Shown here piece after piece: positions 19,191 through 30,753 of a DNA stretch of 64,000 nt. Position numbers and translations under genes: made by a program. The notes under the pieces are model-generated. The model was not told the origin of the DNA. It did not search any database and saw only the letters and a list, made by a program, of their open reading frames with translations. The stretch spans positions 608,001-672,000 of the forward strand of contig CBDCNQ010000002.1 of the NCBI GenBank assembly GCA_965219445.1. The letters run 5' to 3'. The stretch comes from Longimicrobiales bacterium. GTDB lineage: Bacteria > Gemmatimonadota > Gemmatimonadetes > Longimicrobiales > Gaopeijiaceae. Numbering within the stretch: the stretch's first letter is position 1; the number at the start of each line of letters is the position of its first letter.

Positions 19191-21257
19191 ATGAACGCCG
19201 CCAGAAGGCTGCTCCGGACAGCATCGCTCTCCATACTGAAAGGTTCCTCTATGCTTCAAGGCCCCAAGCACGGCCGTCTCTGCGCGGTGGTGATCCGCTG
19301 CAAGTGCATGCAGATGGCCGTCTTGGGGCTTCTGATCGGGATCTCGGGCCTTCGCCCCTCTCCAGCGTCGGCTCAGGGGAGCCCCGAGGCTCCCCAGGTA
19401 ATCGGCGCCCCCAGGGTGATCTTGGGAGGTGTCCCTTTCTCGCTCGATCTTCAGGGAAGTGCGGTCGCCGCGGTCGCCTACGACGTGCGGGACGCCCAGG
19501 GGATGGTCCTGGGGTCGGGCTCCGTGGGAGTCGGCGGAACGGCCACCGTGAGCGACCTGGTCGTGTCTGGCCGCAACCGCCTGCCGCTCACGATCCGACT
19601 CGGACAGGTGAGTGAAGAGTTGTCCCGTCCTTACGCACCGGGCTGGTTCTCCCTCGCTCCCCCTGTTGTTGCCATCCTGCTCGCGTTGGTCTTCAAAGAG
19701 GTGATCACGGCGCTGATGGCTGGCGTCTGGCTCGGTGCGCTCGCGGTGGCCGGATATAACCCGCTCTCCGCCCTGTGGCGCACGATCGACCTCTACGCCG
19801 TTCCGGCGCTCGGTGACGTGGAGGGAGGACATACGCAGATTGTCGTGTTTTCCTTGTTGTTGGGCGGCCTCGTGGGGATCGTCTCCAGAAACGGCGGCAC
19901 ACAAGGGATCGTTGACGCCGTGAGCCCCTTCGCGAGCACGAGCCGGCGCGGCAAGATCGCCACGTGGGCCGCCGGCCTTGCCATTTTTTTCGACGACTAC
20001 GCCAACACGTTGATCGTCGGGAACACGATGCGGCCGATCACGGACCGCCTCAAGATTTCGCGCGAGAAGCTCGCGTACATCGTCGACTCGACCGCCGCTC
20101 CCGTGGCCGCTCTGGTCCCGATCTCGACGTGGGTTGGATACGAGATCTCGTTGATCGCGGACGGCATGGCTATCGCGGCCCAGCAAACCGGCACCGATCC
20201 GGCGCTCGTCGCAACGCTGACGTCGGTCAGCCCGTTCGCCGTATTCATCAGCACGATCCCGTATCGATTCTATGCGCTTCTGGCCCTCGCGTTCGTGTTC
20301 CTCACGTCCGTGATGGACCGGGACTTCGGAGCGATGGCGAGGGCCGAGCGGCGCGCGGCGTCCGGCGGGGGTGTTTATCGCGCAGGAGCGCAGCTCTCGA
20401 TGGACACGACGGATCCCCATGTGACACCCCCGGAGGGAGTGACACCTCGGTGGTACAATGCGGCGGTTCCGATCATCACGGTCATCCTGGTCGTCCTCGG
20501 GGGCCTCTACACGTCTGGACGCGCGTCCGCAGGCGCGGACGCATCGCTGATGGACGTTTTCGGCGCGGCCGACCCCTTTGCGACGCTTCTTTGGGGATCC
20601 ATGGCGGGATGCATCGTGGGAATCGGGCTTTCGGTGATCCAACGGATCTTGAGCGTCCAGGAGTCGCTGAACGCTTTGGTGGCCGGGATGAAGTCAATGT
20701 TCCTGGCGATGATCATCCTGACGCTGGCCTGGTCGCTCGGCCAGGTGACAGAGGATCTGGGTACGGCTCAGTACCTCGCACAGATCCTGAGCGACGCGGT
20801 GCCACTCGAAGCCATCCCCGTACTCGTGTTCCTGACTTCAGCCGCGATGGCCTTCGCGACCGGTACGTCCTGGGCGACCATGGCCATCGTGATCCCCCTG
20901 GTGATCCCCCTCACAGTGACCCTGGGCGGTGCGGAGGGTTTCGGAGCCGGCGGAGAGTACTCGATCCTGTTGGGAGCCATCAGCTCGGCCCTCGCGGGGG
21001 CCATTTTCGGAGACCACTGTTCGCCGATCTCGGACACGACCGTACTCAGTTCGACTGCGGCGGCATGCGATCATGTCGACCACGTGAGGACCCAGCTGCC
21101 CTATGCCGTAGTGGTGGCGCTCCTCGCGATGGTCGTGGGCGACGTCGGCACCGCCTTGGGATTGTCGGTCTGGGTCGCTCTCGTCGCCTCGATCGCGATA
21201 CTCGCGGGCGGGTTGAAGTTGTTCGGTACTTCACTGCGGGGGGAATCGGGAGCGTAG
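19191..21257 (+). CDS. Na+/H+ antiporter NhaC family protein
   Basis: IFFDDYAN, SREKLAYIVDSTAAP, FATGTSW, GDHCSPISDTT, HVRTQLPYA. The start is probably downstream (about 19308). Confidence 0.9.
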   Translation: MNAARRLLRTASLSILKGSSMLQGPKHGRLCAVVIRCKCMQMAVLGLLIGISGLRPSPASAQGSPEAPQVIGAPRVILGGVPFSLDLQGSAVAAVAYDVRDAQGMVLGSGSVGVGGTATVSDLVVSGRNRLPLTIRLGQVSEELSRPYAPGWFSLAPPVVAILLALVFKEVITALMAGVWLGALAVAGYNPLSALWRTIDLYAVPALGDVEGGHTQIVVFSLLLGGLVGIVSRNGGTQGIVDAVSPFASTSRRGKIATWAAGLAIFFDDYANTLIVGNTMRPITDRLKISREKLAYIVDSTAAPVAALVPISTWVGYEISLIADGMAIAAQQTGTDPALVATLTSVSPFAVFISTIPYRFYALLALAFVFLTSVMDRDFGAMARAERRAASGGGVYRAGAQLSMDTTDPHVTPPEGVTPRWYNAAVPIITVILVVLGGLYTSGRASAGADASLMDVFGAADPFATLLWGSMAGCIVGIGLSVIQRILSVQESLNALVAGMKSMFLAMIILTLAWSLGQVTEDLGTAQYLAQILSDAVPLEAIPVLVFLTSAAMAFATGTSWATMAIVIPLVIPLTVTLGGAEGFGAGGEYSILLGAISSALAGAIFGDHCSPISDTTVLSSTAAACDHVDHVRTQLPYAVVVALLAMVVGDVGTALGLSVWVALVASIAILAGGLKLFGTSLRGESGA

Positions 21258-21279
21258 CCCTCGTAACGCTTTCGGCCCG

Positions 21280-22590
21280 TCAGCGAATCAGAGTCAGAGT
21301 CTCAACCCCCCGGCCCACCCGTTCGAGGAACGGCCGGCCTCCCGAGGCCGCTCCGTTCGCCACCGACCAATCGTAGGAGAAGAGTAGGAAGCCCCTCACC
21401 CCGATGCGATGAGTGATGTCGATCTTGCTGAGGACCCCATCATACGTCGTCAGATAGGCCCCCACACCGGCCCAGACCCGTTCGGGTCCACCGACTTCCG
21501 CCGCACGGGAGATGGCTCGGTCGAATAAGTCGTCATCCGGGTTGTATGCCATTGGCGCCACCACGTCGATAATTCCCCGTCGGAGCCACCCCTCCCAATC
21601 CTGGTACCGGTGCAGGAAAGACTCTCGGGCATCGGGAAAGACAGCGGCCGAAACGAGTACCTCCGGGCGCCTACGCTTCACGCCCACATAGATTCTCTCG
21701 ACCAACTCCGTAATCTGACTTCTCCGGAACTCGGCCCACGGCTCGGGGAACGCCTCCACGAGTGCCAGCGGATTCTGCTGGGAGGCCACGGCGAGTTCGG
21801 GTCGCTGACCGTCCGTGATACGTCCGTCCATCCAAATCTCGAATCGGTCGAGCGCCCCCCGTGAGTAGTCGAAGGCTCCACTCGGATAGCGAACATAGTC
21901 GAGGTGGATCCCGTCGAGATCGTAACGCTCCACGAGGTCGGTCGTGACCGCGTACACACGCTCCTTCACCTCGGGGGCCGACGGGCTCGAATACAACCCC
22001 TCGACGTCGGAGTTGGCCAATGCGTGCGAAATCAGGCGCTCGAAGTATCGGGAAGACGCTGGATCCACGTCATACAGCTCAATGGCGAGCTCTCGTGGAA
22101 CAGCAAGGAGCCCGGGACGCTCATTCATCAGATGCCTGGGGTCCCGGGAAATGACGGATGCGCTGGAAATCAGGTGTACGTTCACCCAGGCGTGAACTTC
22201 GATGCCCCGTGCGTGTGCCTCCCGGACGGCCAAGGCAAGCGGATCGAAGGCCGGTGGGCCCTGGATCCCTTCGGCTCTGGGCTCGATCCCCCCCAAGTAG
22301 TAGGCGTCCCCCCTGCCCCGAACCTGAACCAATAAAGTATTGAAGCCGGCTTCCGCCGCCCTGGCCACCATGGCCCGCACGGAATCGGGATGGGTCAGTG
22401 TGGAGCGGACCACCCAGAGTCCTCGGGTCTCCGAGACCCGGGGGTACGATGAGTTCGCCGCAGGGCCACCAGTTTGATCGACCGGCACGGCGACGGCGGT
22501 CACGGCAATGTGTGGGCTTGGGACTCCCAAGGTTTGACAGGCCGCCACGAGAAGACCGCTCGCAACGAGAAGACTGCCCACAACGCGGAA
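21280..22590 (-). CDS. Glycoside hydrolase-like family 10 (DUF187) lipoprotein
   Basis: ETRGLWV, FNTLLVQVRGRGDAYY, FDPL...EAHARGIEVHAW, YDLDGIHLDYVRYP, QDW..W; lipobox LVAAC. Start approximate. Confidence 0.85.
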   Translation of the reverse strand, partial: FRVVGSLLVASGLLVAACQTLGVPSPHIAVTAVAVPVDQTGGPAANSSYPRVSETRGLWVVRSTLTHPDSVRAMVARAAEAGFNTLLVQVRGRGDAYYLGGIEPRAEGIQGPPAFDPLALAVREAHARGIEVHAWVNVHLISSASVISRDPRHLMNERPGLLAVPRELAIELYDVDPASSRYFERLISHALANSDVEGLYSSPSAPEVKERVYAVTTDLVERYDLDGIHLDYVRYPSGAFDYSRGALDRFEIWMDGRITDGQRPELAVASQQNPLALVEAFPEPWAEFRRSQITELVERIYVGVKRRRPEVLVSAAVFPDARESFLHRYQDWEGWLRRGIIDVVAPMAYNPDDDLFDRAISRAAEVGGPERVWAGVGAYLTTYDGVLSKIDITHRIGVRGFLLFSYDWSVANGAASGGRPFLERVGRGVETLTLIR

Positions 22591-22636
22591 CAGCCTGTCG
22601 AAGACGCCACCCTGCCTCTTCGGTTCTCGATTCAGA

Positions 22637-23104
22637 TCACGGTCCACGGTGCTCCCGGAAAAAGTCCCGAAGAAGATCACCCGCCGCATCGGCGAGCGTT
22701 CCACCCGTCACGTCGATCCAATGATTCAGCCGCTCGTCTTGAGCCAGGTTTGCCAGACTTCCCACCATGCCCGCCTTGGGGTCCGCCGCTCCGAAGACGA
22801 GCCGGTCGATTCGAGATAAAACCAGCGCACCCGCGCACATCGCGCAAGGCTCCAATGTCACGTAGAGCGTGCATTGGGTGAGACGCCAGTCACCCAGCTT
22901 CTGAGCAGCTTCCCGGATCACCACCAATTCGGCGTGAGCGGTCGGGTCATTGGAGGTGACCGTGAGGTTATGCCCCTCCGCGACGATCTCGTGGTCCTTG
23001 GTGAGTACCGCCCCAACCGGGACCTCTCCCATGGAGGTGGCCATCTCGGCCAGCTCCAAGGCGCGAGTCATCCACTCGACGTCCGTCGGCGACGCACCCT
23101 CCAT
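22637..23104 (-). CDS. tadA: tRNA adenosine(34) deaminase
   Basis: GEVPVGAV, DPTAHAE, YVTLEPCAMCAGA, FGAADPKAG. Confidence 0.95.
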   Translation of the reverse strand: MEGASPTDVEWMTRALELAEMATSMGEVPVGAVLTKDHEIVAEGHNLTVTSNDPTAHAELVVIREAAQKLGDWRLTQCTLYVTLEPCAMCAGALVLSRIDRLVFGAADPKAGMVGSLANLAQDERLNHWIDVTGGTLADAAGDLLRDFFREHRGP

Positions 23105-23156
23105 CAGGAAGTAGGTGGTGAAGCTAGTGCGACGCGAATCCCGCTTCGCACATCAC

Positions 23157-23822
23157 TCAGTGGGCCGTCGTGCTGACCAGAATCGAAGCGTCGTCGAACC
23201 GGCGGTACAGGGCGACCACCCGTCCGATCAGATGAAGCTTCTCGGGATCCTCAACGGCCGTTGGGGGGCCGCCGCCGTCGGCCGGCGTCAAAGAGACAGC
23301 GCGCCCATTATTCGAAAATTCATAGAAAGACGGGCCACCCTCGACGCGAGCCACCACGATGGCCCCCTCGACCAACTCCTCGACCTCCGCCGGTTCGACC
23401 AACAGATAGTCGCCCTCGTTGATGTCGAGAGCCGCCAACTCCCGCCCAACGGCACGGACGAAGAACGAACCCTTCGATCCAGCGAGCCGCCGGTCGATTG
23501 TCAGGTGCATCTCGGCCAGCTCGGTCCTCAGGCCACCACGCCCCTGGGGAAGGTCGTGGTAGCAGGGCACGGATACCGTCTGCGCACTCAGGTCCACGCC
23601 GAGGATCTTGACCCCCCTCGAACGGGAGGGATCGCGCTCGAGAAAGCCCTTGTCGGCCAACGCTTGGAGGTGCTCGGAGACAGTCTTGGTGCTCTTTATA
23701 CCAAACCGCTCGCCGATTTCCCGAATGGAGGGTTGATACGTGTTGCTCCGAAGGTAGTGCACCATGAAGTCGAGAATTTTCCTCTCGATTTCGGTGATGC
23801 TTTGCTCCATCCGGGACTCCAA
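23157..23822 (-). CDS. LexA-like repressor lacking autoproteolytic residues
   Basis: N-terminal YQPSIREIG..FG.KS...V..HL.AL..KG.L LexA wHTH; the C-terminal S24-like domain is degenerate. Confidence 0.8.
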   Translation of the reverse strand: MESRMEQSITEIERKILDFMVHYLRSNTYQPSIREIGERFGIKSTKTVSEHLQALADKGFLERDPSRSRGVKILGVDLSAQTVSVPCYHDLPQGRGGLRTELAEMHLTIDRRLAGSKGSFFVRAVGRELAALDINEGDYLLVEPAEVEELVEGAIVVARVEGGPSFYEFSNNGRAVSLTPADGGGPPTAVEDPEKLHLIGRVVALYRRFDDASILVSTTAH

Positions 23823-23874
23823 CGGTTTCGCCCCTACATCAGGCGTTTAAAAGATTCCTTCTCAGTTACAGAAT

Positions 23875-23886
23875 AAACACCTGTTC
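23875..23886. promoter_or_regulatory. Candidate LexA operator (GAAC-N4-GTTC-like)
   Basis: AAAC-ACCT-GTTC, one mismatch to the Firmicutes/Actinobacteria SOS box core, about 55 bp upstream of the LexA-like ORF. Confidence 0.4.
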
Positions 23887-23988
23887 CCAACATTGAAAGG
23901 GCGTTGTTTATTAGGAGGTGGCTATCCTAATGCGTGGCGATCCACCCCGTCAAGAATACCGTGGAAGGCGCCGGCACCTGGAAACGGA

Positions 23989-25459
<1,471 letters not shown>

Positions 25460-25580
25460 TTAATGTTATTTATCACATGTCGATGTATTCTGCGGGCGGG
25501 CGACTTCGAGCGATGCCCACCGCCGAAAACCGCCCCGAGCGCGACCGAGCGGGGAAGGGCGTGCCGATCACCCGTAGCGA

Positions 25581-26792
25581 TCACCCGTAGCGTGCCTGGA
25601 TGTACTCTTCGAGGATCCCCTTGAACTCCTCCACCATGCCCTCCCCCTGGAGCGTCGAGTGGTGTGCCCCATCGACGTACACCGGGGCCTTCGGGTCCTC
25701 GGCCGTACCGGGCAATGAAATCCCTAAATCGGCGTGCTTCGACTCGCCCGGGCCGTTCACGACACACCCCATCACCGCCACCGTCATATCCTCGACACCA
25801 GGAAACTCCCGACTCCACACGGGCATCTTTTCACGGATATAGGTCTCGATGTTCTGAGCCATCTCCTGAAAGAGGCTGCTGGTCGTACGGCCGCAACCCG
25901 GGCAGGCCGTGACTTGGGGTTCGAAACTGCGGAGTTGCAGAGACTGGAGGATCTGCCTCGCGACGCGCACTTCCTCGGTGCGATCGCCGCCTGGCTCCGG
26001 CGTGAGGGAGACCCGAATCGTGTCCCCGATCCCGTCAATGAGAAGAGGAGTGATTCCCGCGGTGGTCGCGACGATTCCCTTGGTGCCAATACCCGCCTCG
26101 GTCAGACCCAGGTGAAGCGGGTAATCACACTGGTCCGCGAGCATCCGATAGACGTCGACGAGATCCGGCACCTCGGAGACCTTGGCACTGAGCACGATCA
26201 TATCGTGTCCCAGACCGGTTTCCTCAGCCAAGAGCGCCGACCGAGTCGCGCTTTCCACCATCGCGTCCAACAGGACCTCCCGCGCATCTCTGGGATCGGA
26301 GCGTTCGGCGTTGGCATCCATCATTTCGGTGAGGAGCCGTTGGTCGAGCGAGCCCCAGTTCACCCCGATCCGCACGGGCGTCGCATATTCGATGGCCACT
26401 TCCACGATCCTCTGGAAGTTGGAGTCCCAGTGTTTTGTACCGACGTTTCCGGGGTTGATACGGTACTTCGCCAAAGCCTCGGCGCACGCCGGGTACTTCG
26501 TGAGAAGAAGATGGCCGTTGTAGTGAAAGTCACCGACGATCGGCACGTCGGTGCCCTCATCCGAGAGCCGTGCCACGATCTCGGGAACGGCCTGAGCGGC
26601 TGCCTCGTCGTTGACCGTCACGCGCACCAGTTCGCTTCCGGCCTGCGCCAACGCGACGGTCTGAGCGACCGTGGCGTCCACGTCCGAAGTATCGGTGTTG
26701 GTCATCGACTGGACCACGATCGGATTTTTCCCGCCGATCTCGACCCCATCGACGTCCACAACCACGGACGGCCTTCGCGTCCAATGACTCAC
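25581..26792 (-). CDS. ispG: (E)-4-hydroxy-3-methylbut-2-enyl-diphosphate synthase
   Basis: [46 protein letters not shown]. Confidence 0.97.
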   Translation of the reverse strand: MSHWTRRPSVVVDVDGVEIGGKNPIVVQSMTNTDTSDVDATVAQTVALAQAGSELVRVTVNDEAAAQAVPEIVARLSDEGTDVPIVGDFHYNGHLLLTKYPACAEALAKYRINPGNVGTKHWDSNFQRIVEVAIEYATPVRIGVNWGSLDQRLLTEMMDANAERSDPRDAREVLLDAMVESATRSALLAEETGLGHDMIVLSAKVSEVPDLVDVYRMLADQCDYPLHLGLTEAGIGTKGIVATTAGITPLLIDGIGDTIRVSLTPEPGGDRTEEVRVARQILQSLQLRSFEPQVTACPGCGRTTSSLFQEMAQNIETYIREKMPVWSREFPGVEDMTVAVMGCVVNGPGESKHADLGISLPGTAEDPKAPVYVDGAHHSTLQGEGMVEEFKGILEEYIQARYG

Positions 26793-27084
26793 GTAGCACC
26801 TTGTGTGTTCGGGTGTGGAAAGCGTCGCCGCAATTTACGGAAGGCGGGGCACCGCTCCAAGATCATGCACCGCAACGGAACGGTGGTCCACCCTCGGCGT
26901 GCGGTTCGACGGTGCTCTGGCGCCGGGGTAGCGCTGCCGGATTTCGCGGGACAGGCCGATATTGACCAATGTTCCGGCCTCCGCGACAATCCTTTTCCGC
27001 CTAGGATCTGAGGCCGTGGCATCCCGGGTACCCGTGCGCTAGCACGGGTGGTGACCCACTGTACTTCTTCGGCAGCCTTCCACC

Positions 27085-28218
27085 ATGACAACCAGAAGCG
27101 ATCGAACGAGCGGCGAGCTGAAGCACGACCCCCGCGTCCTACTCGGGCCGGGCCCCAGCAACCTGCATCCTCGTGTGTTCCGTGCCATGGCCAGCCCCAT
27201 CTTGGGTTACATGGACCCGGATTTTCTGTCGATCATGGACCACACGATGGCTCTCTTGCGCTGTCTCTTTCAGACCGAAAACGAGTTGGCCGTCACGCTT
27301 CCTGGCACGGGTATGTCAGGGATGGAGGCGGCCGTCTGTAACGTGGTCGAGCCCGGCGACGAGGTTGTGGTGGGAATCCATGGCTTCTTCGGCCAGCGGC
27401 TGGCCGAGCTTGTGGAGCGGCACGGTGCGACGGCCCTACGAGTCGAGGTCGACTTCGGGCAAATAGTGGACACCGATCAGATCGCGACCGCTCTCGATGC
27501 CCACCCTGACGCCAAGATGGTGGCCGTCGTGCACGGCGAGACCTCCTCAGGGATCGCACAACCGCTCGAGGACATCGGTAAGGTGGTGCGTGAACGGGAC
27601 AAGCTCTTCCTCGTCGACACGGTCTGCTCGCTCGGCGGCGCCCACATCCCGGTAGACGAATACCTGATCGACATCTGCTACAGCGGGGGGCAGAAGTGCA
27701 TCGGGGGACCCGCGGGAATCGCCTGCATTACGCTCAACGATCGTGCGATGGGCGTGATCGACTCCCGAAGCCGCCCGGTCGACACATGGTATCTCGACCT
27801 CACGCTGATCAGTAAGTACTGGCTCTCCGATCGTGCTTACCATCACACGGCTCCGGGATCGCTCGTCTACGCCATCCACGAGGCGCTTCGCCTGGTCCAG
27901 GAGGAGGGGCTCCAGGCGCGATTCGCACGTCACCAAAAGTGCGGAGATCTCTTGAAGGCCGGGCTCACCGACCTCGGGCTCGAGCTATTCGGTGATCCGG
28001 TGAACCGCCTGTCCATGCTCACCTGCGTGATGATCCCGGACGGCGTCGACGACGCCACAGTCCGAGGCCGCCTGCTCCGAGAATACGGTATCGAGATCGG
28101 AGGCAGTCTCGGGCCGCTCGCGGGGAAAGCGTGGCGGATCGGTTTGATGGGGTACGGCTCTAGCGAGCGTAACGTGCACTACCTGATCGCCGCACTGCGG
28201 AAGATCCTCGGAAGCTAG
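27085..28218 (+). CDS. Alanine/serine--glyoxylate aminotransferase family (class V PLP)
   Basis: LLGPGPSN, VHGETSSG, VDTVCSLGG, SGGQKC, YHHTAP, WRIGLMG. Confidence 0.92.
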   Translation: MTTRSDRTSGELKHDPRVLLGPGPSNLHPRVFRAMASPILGYMDPDFLSIMDHTMALLRCLFQTENELAVTLPGTGMSGMEAAVCNVVEPGDEVVVGIHGFFGQRLAELVERHGATALRVEVDFGQIVDTDQIATALDAHPDAKMVAVVHGETSSGIAQPLEDIGKVVRERDKLFLVDTVCSLGGAHIPVDEYLIDICYSGGQKCIGGPAGIACITLNDRAMGVIDSRSRPVDTWYLDLTLISKYWLSDRAYHHTAPGSLVYAIHEALRLVQEEGLQARFARHQKCGDLLKAGLTDLGLELFGDPVNRLSMLTCVMIPDGVDDATVRGRLLREYGIEIGGSLGPLAGKAWRIGLMGYGSSERNVHYLIAALRKILGS

Positions 28219-28642
28219 AGACGCCCCTCTCACCGACCTGATCGCTCGAACGGCGGACCCGGGAGTAGGGCGCAGCGAGATTATTGCCGAGACACTTCGG
28301 ACAGGACGCTAAGTAACGGGCACCTCGGGTCCGGAGATGCTCCTGCGCGCCCGCTCCAGGCACCCGTACTCGATGAGCTCCTCGAGAATCTCGACTTTCT
28401 CTTTCTCCGGGCCGTTGTGATACCGTGCCCAGAGGCGCTCGCACGGAGAAAACAGGGGCTCCGCCGACTGAGTCGAGGGCTCCGCCGGCGAAGGCGTGGG
28501 CTCGTGCGGAGCGGTATCCGAGGCTCTGACCTGGCGAGCGATGTCGGTCCTTCCTTGTCCAGCACCGCTCGCTCGGGAGCGGCTGGGGGGGCTAAAAAAT
28601 TGTGGGCTAGAGCATACGGCGAGCAGGGATCATGGGCAAGTT

Positions 28643-29140
28643 TCAGCCTTCGGCAAGCCATATTTCCATCTGAATGTTGCACCGATCGTACGGCGAGGCG
28701 CCGCCCTTCACCGGTCTGAACCCGAGTTTTCTGTACAGGTTGATCGCCGGCTCGAGAATCGTGTTCGACTCGAGATACACCCTCGTCGCGCCTAGCTCAC
28801 GAGCACGGTCCAGCAAAGCCCTGCCGAGCCGCCATCCGATTCCCTTGCCGCGGGCATGCTGGTCGACGGCCATCTTGGCGAGCTCGTAGGACCCGCTTTC
28901 CATGGGTATGAGTGCGACCGTGCCGACGGCCTCGCCGTCGTACAGCGCCATGAGAATCGCGCCGCCGGGGTGGAGAATCTTCTCCTGCGGATGGTCGAGA
29001 TAGAGGCGGTCCGCGTCCTCGGCCTCCCAGTAATGGTTGATCCAGTCCAGGTTCATGCGGCGGAACGCATCGGCATGTTCGGGCCGGAAGTCCAGGATCT
29101 CGACCCTCCCGGCTTCGCGCCGGTCGTACGCTTCCTTCAC
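28643..29140 (-). CDS. GNAT acetyltransferase (possibly remnant of a MarR-GNAT fusion)
   Basis: ELAKMAV....RGKGIG, YLESNTILEPAINLYRKLGF, SPYDRCNIQM. Confidence 0.8.
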   Translation of the reverse strand: MKEAYDRREAGRVEILDFRPEHADAFRRMNLDWINHYWEAEDADRLYLDHPQEKILHPGGAILMALYDGEAVGTVALIPMESGSYELAKMAVDQHARGKGIGWRLGRALLDRARELGATRVYLESNTILEPAINLYRKLGFRPVKGGASPYDRCNIQMEIWLAEG

Positions 29141-29358
29141 TCGATCGAAGATCGAGCGCTCCTCGAGACGACGGGACCAACTCGATCAAAGAATTTCGTC
29201 GTCCACATGAGGCCGATCCCTTCGGGAATTACGAAAGCGACAAATATCTCCCTCTTGGCCACTGGCAATGGCGGTAAAAGGTGGCCTGGGGGGTGTTGTT
29301 CTTGCGATCCGCACGATACAGTAAGTCTCTTCCGGTTCTGCCCAAAAAGGAGATAGCC

Positions 29359-30549
29359 ATGACCCGTGCACGCTTCGGCTTCGTCAGCTGGTTTTCAGTA
29401 CTCACCCTCGCATTGGCCTCCGGGGTCACCGTGCCAACCGGCGCCGCCGCTCAGGAGAGTTCACAAGGTCAACCGTTTTTTGGGATCACCACTGATGGCC
29501 ATCTGACCCCCGACCTCTTCCCGATTCGTGCGACCGGCGTTTCCACTGCACCGATCCTGGAAGCGGCGAGAGCCTACCTCAGGATGTTGAGGCCCGAGCA
29601 AGTGGCACAGACCAACTTCGGATTGGACTCGGATGAGTGGCGTCATTGGAGCAACGTCCCCGTCGGCGGCCTGCCACGGGAGGGGCTGTCGTTCAGGGAT
29701 ATGAGCAACCCCCAGCGGGAAGCGGCCTTCGCCCTGGTCCGGGCGGGCCTCAGCGCTCGCGGATTCGAGCAGGCGCGCAACATCATGCGCATAGACGGTT
29801 ATCTGGCGGCCGTTCTCGAAGACTACAACCGGTACGGAGAGTACCTCTACTTCATCGATATCTTCGGCGAGCCATCTGAGACCGAGCCCTGGGGATGGCA
29901 ACTCGACGGGCACCACCTGGTGGTCAATTACTTCGTGATGGGGGATCAGGTGGTGATGTCGCCCAACTTCTGGGGATCCGAGCCGGTCTCGATCGACACG
30001 GGCAGGTACCCAGATATCAAGGTTCTACAGGAGGAGCAAGACGTGGGCCTGGCCTTCATGGAATCGCTCCGACGGGATCAACGTGCACTTGCCGTCGTGG
30101 ACACTGAGAAAACGCGCAATAACATGCGAGGCGCGGCGTTCAGAGACAATTTGGTCATGCAGGAAGCAGGCATCCGCGGGGACCAACTGGACGCTGTCCA
30201 GCGCGAGCGCCTGATGGATGTAATCGGTGTTTATATCGGCACCATGAGGTATGACCAGGCGAGCGTCCGGATGGACGAAATTCAGGAGTACCTCGGTGAA
30301 ACCCGATTTGCCTGGGTGGGCGATGTGGGACCCGACGCCCTCTACTACTACTACTACCGGGTTCAGAGCCCCATCATTTTTATCGAGTTCGACCACACGA
30401 CTCCAGTCAGTTTCCGCACCGAGCCGAACCCGCCTTCGCGGAGCCACATCCACATCGCCGTTCGGACTCCGAACGGGAACGACTACGGGAAGGACTTGTT
30501 GAGGCAGCACTACGAGGAGCACGACGGCGACCCGAATCACGGGCACTAG
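29359..30549 (+). CDS. DUF3500 domain secreted protein
   Basis: Signal peptide; EWRHWSN, GLSARG, FGEPS..EPWGWQLDGHHL, FWGSEP, RTPNGNDYGKDLLRQHY. Confidence 0.85.
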   Translation: MTRARFGFVSWFSVLTLALASGVTVPTGAAAQESSQGQPFFGITTDGHLTPDLFPIRATGVSTAPILEAARAYLRMLRPEQVAQTNFGLDSDEWRHWSNVPVGGLPREGLSFRDMSNPQREAAFALVRAGLSARGFEQARNIMRIDGYLAAVLEDYNRYGEYLYFIDIFGEPSETEPWGWQLDGHHLVVNYFVMGDQVVMSPNFWGSEPVSIDTGRYPDIKVLQEEQDVGLAFMESLRRDQRALAVVDTEKTRNNMRGAAFRDNLVMQEAGIRGDQLDAVQRERLMDVIGVYIGTMRYDQASVRMDEIQEYLGETRFAWVGDVGPDALYYYYYRVQSPIIFIEFDHTTPVSFRTEPNPPSRSHIHIAVRTPNGNDYGKDLLRQHYEEHDGDPNHGH

Positions 30550-30753
30550 AGACCTGAGCGGCGTGTTGGTCATGGATGGGGTGGGCTGGTAGAGGGAAGC
30601 CGGCCGGAGAGGTCAGCCAGGTCGGCCGGAACCCGCTTGCCGATCTGGTGGATGTCAGCGACCATACACTCTAGGGGACATGCGGCGGCTTCCAGGTTTT
30701 GCCGCGGCAGGTTACTCTCGAGGCAGGAACGCCAATTCGTCGAGGAGGTAGAG

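Noticed and set aside
28300..28600. Possible small minus-strand ORF (...CERLWARYHNGPEKEKVEILEELIEYGCL...)
   Set aside because: No clear start or recognisable family.
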